A DNA stretch of 64,000 nt. Origin: a virus. Lineage: Duplodnaviria; Caudoviricetes. The stretch covers positions 712 through 64,711 of IMG/VR virus record IMGVR_UViG_3300025141_000077, one strand, 5' to 3'. The notes below the pieces were generated by a model that saw only the letters and a program-made list of their open reading frames with translations, was not told the DNA's origin and searched no databases. This document shows positions 57,013 to 64,000 of the stretch, one piece after another; position 1 is the first letter of the stretch, and each line of letters begins with the position of its first letter. Position numbers and translations under genes: made by a program.

Positions 57013-57326
57013 ACGATTTCGAAATAGCTGATTTAGCAGACCAATTAGAAGGACTTCACGAGTTAGTCGAGGCTTTACTAGAAGGATGCCCTTGTTGTAC
57101 TAAAGCTGTTAAAGCGTCTAAAAAAGATAAAAAGGAAGAATAAATATGGCAGAAACTAAAAGAGAATTTGAAGAAAGTGTTAGTAAAAGAGACGACCCTG
57201 ATATGTTGTTTTTAGGTGGACGAGCACCAACTATTAATGTTGATGTTTTGGAAGATAAATCCAAATTTGTAAAAGCACCTGCAACATTATCCTCTGGTGG
57301 TAACGGTAGTAGCACATCAAGTTAAA

Positions 57327-57596
57327 ATGGCTCCAAGAAAGAAAAAGCAGGCTGCAGCCCGAAAAAAACCGGGTGGTTCTAACGTTGGTAAATACAAAGG
57401 GGTAAAAGCTTTTGCAGGACCTTCAGGAGGAGCGCCAGCAGGTAGTTTCCCCATTAATACACTAGCACGTGCTAAGTCAGCTATTAAGTTAGCTCATAAC
57501 GCACCACGTCCAGCTGGAATTAAACGTGCGGTTTACAAAAAATACCCAAGTTTAAAACCTAAAGCGAAAAAGAAAACGAAAAAGAAAAAGAAGTGA
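57327..57596 (+). CDS. Basic phage protein, putative DNA-binding core protein
   Basis: FPINTLARAKSA...IKRAVYKKYP with poly-Lys ends; ATG at 57327. Confidence 0.65.
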   Translation: MAPRKKKQAAARKKPGGSNVGKYKGVKAFAGPSGGAPAGSFPINTLARAKSAIKLAHNAPRPAGIKRAVYKKYPSLKPKAKKKTKKKKK

Positions 57597-57599
57597 TAA

Positions 57600-57935
57600 A
57601 TGGAAGAAGATGTAGATAATTATATAACTCGATTAAGAAAACGAGTTGGAGAAGGAGAATATGAACGTCATAAAGAACTTGTCCGTCTTTTGGCAAGAAA
57701 TCTTGTTATTGAAGACTTGCTTTGGGAAGAAATTTCTGTATCTATTCGGGATGTTAACAAGAGAACAAAGCTCTTGCAACAGAGAAACCAAATTGTACGC
57801 GATATTCACACTGAGTTCCGCGCTCTTAATATTGAAATACCTACTTTAGTAGAAGAAAAGACCGAAAACTTTATGAACTTCTTAGGAGAGTTGGAAGATG
57901 ATGATACCAGTAGCGAACAAAACGAAAGAATATAA
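57600..57935 (+). CDS. Putative terminase small subunit
   Basis: Helical 111 aa protein overlapping the TerL start. Confidence 0.55.
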   Translation: MEEDVDNYITRLRKRVGEGEYERHKELVRLLARNLVIEDLLWEEISVSIRDVNKRTKLLQQRNQIVRDIHTEFRALNIEIPTLVEEKTENFMNFLGELEDDDTSSEQNERI

Positions 57936-59583
57936 GGCAACATTAACTGGGCCTAACAAATTCGATTCGCAAAACCTATCTAACTTTTTTGCAGAAGTAC
58001 GAAAAGACGAAAAGAAGATGGAAAAGCTGATAAGAGCCTTCTGTGAAACCTATTTAATAGACAAACAACAGAGGCCATTACGATTAAGACCTCTTCAAAT
58101 GGATATTATTGTTAAAGCTTTAACTTATCCAGACGGTAATCCCGATAAACAGAGAAAATTAGCTATCCTTGCACCACGAGGGAGTGGTAAATCGTGGGCA
58201 TTGTCGGTAGCATCGGTCATATATATGTTCTTTAACCGGTTTAGGGACCTAGTATTTATTTTAGCACCGACAGAAGACCAGTGCGCCCTGATTTTTGACT
58301 ATTGTTTGCGTCATTTTAGAGATAATGCATTTTTAGATAGCCTAATTAGTAACTATAAACTACATAATAAGCCTCATATTAAAATGAAAGGGGGTACAAT
58401 CTTGCGTAGGGCACCCGTAGCGCCTTCAAATCAAGGACAATCGATTCGAGGACAGCACCCAACACTTTTAATAGTTGACGAGTCACCATTAATAGCAGAC
58501 GAGTTGTTTATCGACAACGTTGAACCCGCAATTGTAGCAAATAAGGCTCCATTTATTAATCTTGGAACACCCAAGAGTAAGGAAAACCATATGTATCGTT
58601 ATTTGTATGACGAGGGTTACGAAGATACGTTCACTCGATTACATTATACTTGGCGAAATGCGATTGTTAAGGGCGAAGCCTACACCCCTCCCTATGAAGA
58701 GGAGGAGATGTTAAATAAAATGACTGAATGGGGTGAAGACTCTATTCACTGGAAAACAGAATATGAATGTGAGTTTGTGGAAAGTATATCAAGTGTATTT
58801 ATTCCGGAAAATATAAGGAGATGCTTCGAAAATTATGAGCTTATCACCAAAGGAACGATTAACCCAAATGACGAAACAGGAAAAAACAATACTGTGGCTG
58901 TTGACATTGGCAAATCTGTCAATTCTACTGTTATTAGTGTATGGCGCACTGAAAAGGTGGATGATGGCAATATCGCAAGACTTATCTACTTGGAAGAAAT
59001 CGGACCGAAGTCTGGAGGACACGATATACCTTATCAGAGAGAACGAATTATGTCTGTGGCTGATGATTTTTCTGCCGCTCGTGTTATTATCGATGCAACG
59101 GGTATTGGGGGCGCGGTTGAACAAGACATAAGGTTACAATGTATTCCAAGAAGTATACATTTCTTACCTTTCGTTTTTACAGGTGGACCAAGAGGGACAA
59201 AAACTTATGCTTATCGTGATTATGTATCATTTGTTCAAAAAAATGCTATTAGGGTACCTAACCCCGACGTTCAAGAAGGAGAAGCGAAGAAATTAATGTG
59301 GAAATGGTACCGAGAACACTGTTTTTTAGAATATATTATGGATTCTACTCAAAAAACCGAGAAAATATCAGCTCCTAGTGGAAAACACGACGATTATTGC
59401 GATAGTAGTATGTTAGGAGTACATTCTGCTCTTTCTATGCTTCCTGCTAGTGCATCTTTGACTGGCGCAACTATTAGAAAGAAGTCAAAAGCTATGACAC
59501 AAGGAAGACATAGCAGAAGCGCTCTAACTACTACCGGAAGACGAACTTCTAGCTCTAGAAAGCGCTATATACGCGGATTATAA
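57898..59583 (+). CDS. terL: Terminase large subunit
   Basis: LRPLQ, PRGSGKS, APTEDQ, LIVDE, GTP, EYECEF, VDIG, DATGIG, HDDYCDS motifs. Confidence 0.96.
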   Translation: MMIPVANKTKEYKATLTGPNKFDSQNLSNFFAEVRKDEKKMEKLIRAFCETYLIDKQQRPLRLRPLQMDIIVKALTYPDGNPDKQRKLAILAPRGSGKSWALSVASVIYMFFNRFRDLVFILAPTEDQCALIFDYCLRHFRDNAFLDSLISNYKLHNKPHIKMKGGTILRRAPVAPSNQGQSIRGQHPTLLIVDESPLIADELFIDNVEPAIVANKAPFINLGTPKSKENHMYRYLYDEGYEDTFTRLHYTWRNAIVKGEAYTPPYEEEEMLNKMTEWGEDSIHWKTEYECEFVESISSVFIPENIRRCFENYELITKGTINPNDETGKNNTVAVDIGKSVNSTVISVWRTEKVDDGNIARLIYLEEIGPKSGGHDIPYQRERIMSVADDFSAARVIIDATGIGGAVEQDIRLQCIPRSIHFLPFVFTGGPRGTKTYAYRDYVSFVQKNAIRVPNPDVQEGEAKKLMWKWYREHCFLEYIMDSTQKTEKISAPSGKHDDYCDSSMLGVHSALSMLPASASLTGATIRKKSKAMTQGRHSRSALTTTGRRTSSSRKRYIRGL

Positions 59584-59629
59584 GCAATAACTTTAAATAT
59601 CTGACCCGTCTATTTATTATTTGATACCA

Positions 59630-60910
59630 ATGGGTCTTGGTGATACTATACGCCGTTTTTTCGCTGTTACGGGCAGTAATCCTTCCACTCCGGAAGACAA
59701 ACCTCGGAGCTTTGGAGACGGTATAATAAGAAGGTTAAAACTTTCCCACTCTCAAGGAATGAGAAATTATGAGCAACACATAGGTGACAATAGAACCTAT
59801 ATGAATGTTTATCTCGGAGACCCAATTGTACGTTCTTTAATTGACTTACCTTGTCTTTATGCAGTAAAGGATGGATATGACATCGTTACAGAAGATAAGG
59901 AGTTAAGAGATAGAATCGAGAAGATGTTTGTTGATATCAATATTGATATGACAATCTATGGTTGGCTACGTAATGCTCGAATCTTTGGTTCAGGTTATTT
60001 GGAATGGACTGGAGACAACCTAGTTTTACGTTCTTCTCAGAATATGTATGTTAAAAGGAATGAACACGGTCAAGTAATGTGGTATTACCAATCAGTAGGA
60101 GCAGATACTGAAGATGTTCGTTTTAACCCAGATGAAATAGTGGAATTACAAAACAACCCATTTGATGATTACGCGTATGGACTTTCAGATATCCATACCA
60201 TTTTATACTTAGTAGACCTAAAGGATTATGCAGAGCGTGACATTGGTGCCGCTCTAAATAAATATGCGGTCTCTCGTTTCGACATTTCCTGCGGGCTCCC
60301 TGATATGCCCTATGGCCCTGATAAGATTAATGAAATTGTTGAAACATTTAATACTTTAGAACCCGGTGAAGATATAATTCACGGTAACGATATTCAAATT
60401 AAAGAACTCGAAGGTACTGACCGTGCCTTTGAATATGGTAAATACACAGATGATTTATTAGATAAAATACATATGGCTTTAAAGGTACCAAGAACAATGT
60501 GGTCTAACCCTGCTGAGGCAAGACCTATTTTTGAACCTTATGTTAAATATTTACAAAAAGCTGTAGAATCATCAATTAATTCACAACTAATGCCACAACT
60601 TGGCGATGCCCGATTTGTTTTCCGTTCACTTAACTTAGAAGACGCTTTTACTAAAGCTAAGACAGATATGATATATCTATCAGAAGGAGTATTAGCTTCC
60701 TCAGAGGTAAGGTCGGAAAGAGGGCTAGATGCTGAAGGTGTGGTAGAAATACAACCTACCGAACCTAATGTTAATATTAGCGGAGGAAAAAATCAAGATA
60801 AAAAAGAAGAAGGTAAACGTACAGAACAAAGACTTTCTAAAAATAAATCCGGAAATAAAAGGAAAGGCACTGGCGTTAAAAAAGAACTTGTAATAAAGGA
60901 GAATGTATGA
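59630..60910 (+). CDS. Portal protein
   Basis: Follows TerL; RIFGSGYLE, YGLSDI, ALKVP, EVRSERGL motifs; likely ATG 59630 after the promoter at 59586-59600. Confidence 0.9.
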   Translation: MGLGDTIRRFFAVTGSNPSTPEDKPRSFGDGIIRRLKLSHSQGMRNYEQHIGDNRTYMNVYLGDPIVRSLIDLPCLYAVKDGYDIVTEDKELRDRIEKMFVDINIDMTIYGWLRNARIFGSGYLEWTGDNLVLRSSQNMYVKRNEHGQVMWYYQSVGADTEDVRFNPDEIVELQNNPFDDYAYGLSDIHTILYLVDLKDYAERDIGAALNKYAVSRFDISCGLPDMPYGPDKINEIVETFNTLEPGEDIIHGNDIQIKELEGTDRAFEYGKYTDDLLDKIHMALKVPRTMWSNPAEARPIFEPYVKYLQKAVESSINSQLMPQLGDARFVFRSLNLEDAFTKAKTDMIYLSEGVLASSEVRSERGLDAEGVVEIQPTEPNVNISGGKNQDKKEEGKRTEQRLSKNKSGNKRKGTGVKKELVIKENV

Positions 60911-62169
60911 GTACGTTTGAAAGATGTGTATCAGAATTAGGACCTCGTTTGAAAAAGCGAGGAGTAGAGACCCACGACGATATGGCTCGTGGTATGTGCC
61001 TAATGTGGGCGGAAGAGAACGGTCAAGAAAAAGAGTTTGGAATCACTAACAGCGCTGAGACCCAAAGAAAATTCGCTTTAGATTTCAATTTAGATGTGGA
61101 AAAAATCAAACAATCTACTAAAGAAAAGAAGGATGTTTGGGAATTTCCTATTAAAGCTATTACCTCTGGTCGTCACGACTATGAAGTAGATGGCGATGAC
61201 CAAAAGGTTTTCATTGAACCTAGTATTCTTAGAGAGAGTTTAGAAGCTTTCAATGAATTGCCTATATATTACACTCATCAAAGAACGCCTGAAGATTTAA
61301 TCGGGAAGGCAATCAATCCTCAAGTTGAGGAGATGGAAAATGGAAAGGTAGCTGTTACTATGACAGCTCAAGTATTTGAGCCAACAGAAAGAACAGCAGA
61401 AGTGATTGAAAAAGTTAAGGACGGTGACATCACGCACGTCAGTATAGACTGGTTTTCGAAAGATGTCGATGTTATGGGCGATTCATACGCCACTAACATC
61501 AGGCCCGTTGAGGTTTCGTTTATTGATAACGAGATAGCAACACCCGTCTGTGGGGAATGTACAATTGATACGGAATGTGGTACACACACTGAAAGAGAAT
61601 TTGCAGCCAAAGAACATTGCGGTTGTGATGGACCTAAAGAGGATGAGTGCCAGTGCACCCACGACGGTGAACATAAAGAGGTCGATAATATGAGCGAAGA
61701 AGTTGTTAAAACAGAATCTGAAAAGATATTGGAGAGAGAGTTTGCTTCATATAAGAAACAACTGGAAGAAGTTTCATCCGCCCATAAAGAGTTAGAAGGT
61801 AAGTACGACGAAGCCAATAAACTCGTCGCAGAATTCCAAAAAGCAGAGGAGGAGAGACAGGTTACAGAAGCAAAGCGCGTCAAAGACGAACTTGTTGGTA
61901 ACGTTATCTCTAAAGAATTGCTATTAGGAAGATGTGAAGAGGATAAAAAGGATTCACGTAGTGAAGAATTAGCTCAATGGGAAGATACAAAACTTTCAGG
62001 GTTTTATGAAGCATTAGAATCGATGCCTATGCCTGAAACCGAAAAAACTTTCGGAAAAGGTATTGCAAAAGATTCAGACGAAAAGGCCGTAGAGGCCGAA
62101 CCTGAAACAGAAAGACTATTTTCTATGAAGAATGGTGAAATAAAATTTTCAGGAAGGGAAGTAAAATAA
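60907..62169 (+). CDS. Prohead protease fused to a scaffold domain
   Basis: PIYYTH, VSIDW, EVSFI..PVC; C-terminal coiled coil. Confidence 0.85.
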   Translation: MSTFERCVSELGPRLKKRGVETHDDMARGMCLMWAEENGQEKEFGITNSAETQRKFALDFNLDVEKIKQSTKEKKDVWEFPIKAITSGRHDYEVDGDDQKVFIEPSILRESLEAFNELPIYYTHQRTPEDLIGKAINPQVEEMENGKVAVTMTAQVFEPTERTAEVIEKVKDGDITHVSIDWFSKDVDVMGDSYATNIRPVEVSFIDNEIATPVCGECTIDTECGTHTEREFAAKEHCGCDGPKEDECQCTHDGEHKEVDNMSEEVVKTESEKILEREFASYKKQLEEVSSAHKELEGKYDEANKLVAEFQKAEEERQVTEAKRVKDELVGNVISKELLLGRCEEDKKDSRSEELAQWEDTKLSGFYEALESMPMPETEKTFGKGIAKDSDEKAVEAEPETERLFSMKNGEIKFSGREVK

Positions 62170-62182
62170 AAGGTGATTAATT

Positions 62183-62581
62183 ATGGCAGACGAAATAATA
62201 GTTAACGATGGGGGCGCACCAGCCCGTATATTACCATTTATTGCTAACGAGACAATTGCTGCAGGTGACTATGTAGGACTAACTACAAATGGTCAAGTAA
62301 TAGCAACACTAGTCAGTGGAAATCACGGACTTGGTGTATCGCTTACAGCAGCAACATCTGGTAATATAGTAAATTTGGTAACTGGTAAAGGAGTTGTTCT
62401 AAAAACATATTGTTCAGGAACAATTAACCCCGGTGCGAGATGCTTTTTGGGTACAGATTTGATGTATCTACAAAATGCAGGAACAACGGCAGCTTCTGGT
62501 CAAGCAGTAGCAACGTACGTAGAGAGTAGTGCCCTCGCTGGAGGCGATGGGTTAGCTCTAAAGAAGGTGATTTTCGGATAG
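62183..62581 (+). CDS. Capsid cement/decoration protein
   Basis: ANETIAAGDYV..GV..AATSG pattern; between protease and MCP. Confidence 0.7.
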   Translation: MADEIIVNDGGAPARILPFIANETIAAGDYVGLTTNGQVIATLVSGNHGLGVSLTAATSGNIVNLVTGKGVVLKTYCSGTINPGARCFLGTDLMYLQNAGTTAASGQAVATYVESSALAGGDGLALKKVIFG

Positions 62582-62590
62582 GTGATTTAA

Positions 62591-63676
62591 ATGGTTACAG
62601 CACAAGAAGGTTTATTAACATCCAATAACACTGGGTCATACCAAGCAACAGGCGGTACGGGAGAGAGAGTCCTTATTGATTATAAAGACGCACTCGTGGA
62701 TTACAGGACAACTGATATCCCCGTAGTAAGTTTGTTCACAGAACGTATGGTCACAGATACTGGTGGAGACATAGATATTACATTTGGTCTTCCATCAATG
62801 GTTATGGAACAGATAGATGAAGGAAGCACCCCTAAATACCAACACACAAAGATGCGCTCCGAGAGAGTTAGCGTTAAAGAGTGGGGTATTGCAGTAGGTG
62901 TTACCCGTAGAATGATTGAGGATTCCCGATTCAACGAAGTTGAGTTGGCCCTTAATGAAGCACGCAGAGCAGTTGACAGACATATTGAGAAACACATTGT
63001 TTACGCATTGTTAGGTCTTGATGATTCAACATTAGGTACTGGACTTGGAGGTTCAGCTATCGGTGTTGGTTCAGCAGAAGGACCTGCATCAGACTCGATT
63101 ACTGATTTTTCCGCCAATATATATGGTGGTTTCATTGGTAGTGGTGGTACAGTAGGCAGTGGACGATTGTACAGCTATGGTTTAACATCAGATGCACAAT
63201 TAGAGAAAAGTCACTATGTCGCAGCTACGTCCGGTGCAGCAGGAGCAATTAGACTTGCCGATGTTACTAACGCAATCCAATTGATTGGTAATATGGGATA
63301 CAATGCAGATACGATATTTATATCACCTGCACACTACAAGTCTCTATTGGACCTTGCTGACTTTACTATTGCAGCATCGCTAGGGAGTGCAACTCCACGT
63401 AATAGCGGTGGTAATCTTGGTGGATTCCAAGACACATCTGTGAATGGTTTGGTTGGACAAATCTATGGGTTAAATGTTTACACTAGTGCTTGGATACCTT
63501 CCTCAAGGTTTGGTATCTTTGATTCCAGTGTTAAACAGCTAGCTTATGTCGAGAGACGCCCACTAACTGTTGAAGAAGCAAATCCCGGTTTTGGTATTGT
63601 TGGTTCCTATATGTCTATGAGATATGGACTAAAGGTTATCCACCCTGAAACTGGAGTAGTTGTCATCAACACTTAG
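62591..63676 (+). CDS. Major capsid protein (HK97 fold)
   Basis: IDEG, EWGIAVGVTRRMIEDS, ISP, GQIYGLNVY, RYGLKVIHPE motifs; GGTGA SD. Confidence 0.92.
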   Translation: MVTAQEGLLTSNNTGSYQATGGTGERVLIDYKDALVDYRTTDIPVVSLFTERMVTDTGGDIDITFGLPSMVMEQIDEGSTPKYQHTKMRSERVSVKEWGIAVGVTRRMIEDSRFNEVELALNEARRAVDRHIEKHIVYALLGLDDSTLGTGLGGSAIGVGSAEGPASDSITDFSANIYGGFIGSGGTVGSGRLYSYGLTSDAQLEKSHYVAATSGAAGAIRLADVTNAIQLIGNMGYNADTIFISPAHYKSLLDLADFTIAASLGSATPRNSGGNLGGFQDTSVNGLVGQIYGLNVYTSAWIPSSRFGIFDSSVKQLAYVERRPLTVEEANPGFGIVGSYMSMRYGLKVIHPETGVVVINT

Positions 63677-63716
63677 ATAGAATAAAATCAGCTCTTAGGA
63701 GCACGGTAAACAGATT

Positions 63717-63752
63717 GGGGATTCTGTATAATAAATCCCCACAAACTTTTTT
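63717..63752 (+). terminator. Hairpin plus T tract after the MCP
   Basis: TGGGGATT/AATCCCCA, then CAAACTTTTTT. Confidence 0.6.
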
Positions 63753-63777
63753 AACCTACGTCACGTAGGTATTATGT

Positions 63778-64000
63778 ATGCCATTATCTAGAAGAATATT
63801 ACCGCACGGTAAAAAGTCAATCAAAAAATATATAACTAGTTCTAGTGCCATAGGTGTTTCAAAATTAGTTGCTGGAGATAATATTACCCTTTCACCCACT
63901 GTGGGAACGGGTTCAGTTACAATTACGGCAGCAGGTGGCGGTGGTGGTGGCACACCCGGTGGTTCTGATACTTACATACAATATAACAATGCTGGTGCTT
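63778..64000 (+). CDS. Fibre-like structural protein, 3' truncated (not in ORF track)
   Basis: MPLSRR...LVAGDNITLSPTVGTGSVTITAAGGGGGGTPGGSDTYIQYNNAGA, open to the window end. Confidence 0.75.
   Translation, partial: MPLSRRILPHGKKSIKKYITSSSAIGVSKLVAGDNITLSPTVGTGSVTITAAGGGGGGTPGGSDTYIQYNNAGA

Noticed and set aside
21379-59583. Inteins or introns in RNR, PolB, ATPase or TerL
   Set aside because: Lengths are ordinary and motifs contiguous; no intein termini or homing endonuclease motifs seen.
1-64000. Provirus, integrase or alternative genetic code
   Set aside because: No integrase, att site or host genes seen. Genes are intact under the standard code and all three stop codons are used.

Overview
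The window is most of the genome of an AT-rich tailed dsDNA virus (Caudoviricetes, siphovirus-type tail) with an archaeal host. A marine Thermoplasmatota/Poseidoniales (magrovirus-like) host is the best guess, by inference only. Archaeal evidence: BRE-TATA promoters, GGTGA-type ribosome-binding sites, aIF-1A, a PriS/PriL-CTD-like primase, family B polymerase and an Hjc/RecU-like resolvase. The + strand carries the late genes: terminase, portal, protease and MCP at 57.6-63.7 kb, then neck, two tail tubes, frameshifting chaperones, tape measure and baseplate at 1-21 kb. The map is circularly permuted and ORFs are cut at both window ends. The - strand (55.07 to 21.0 kb) carries a Cas4-like nuclease, an early region full of small and zinc-finger ORFs, a tRNA-like gene, a Cys-rich protein/M28 peptidase pair, a DNA methyltransferase, a replication module, a glycosylation cassette and a class II ribonucleotide reductase. 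Most notable: (1) a ~700 bp non-coding control region at 50.13-50.83 kb with two motif arrays, plus a strand-biased TGCCGT gradient running into neighbouring genes; (2) an aberrant tRNA and a second ~130 nt RNA with a tRNA-like end; (3) a glycosylation cassette alongside Ser-Gly enrichment confined to outer virion proteins; (4) more than ten unannotated zinc-finger microproteins; (5) apparent genome-wide avoidance of GATC, CATG and CCWGG. All calls come from motif recognition by eye; no database searches were run.
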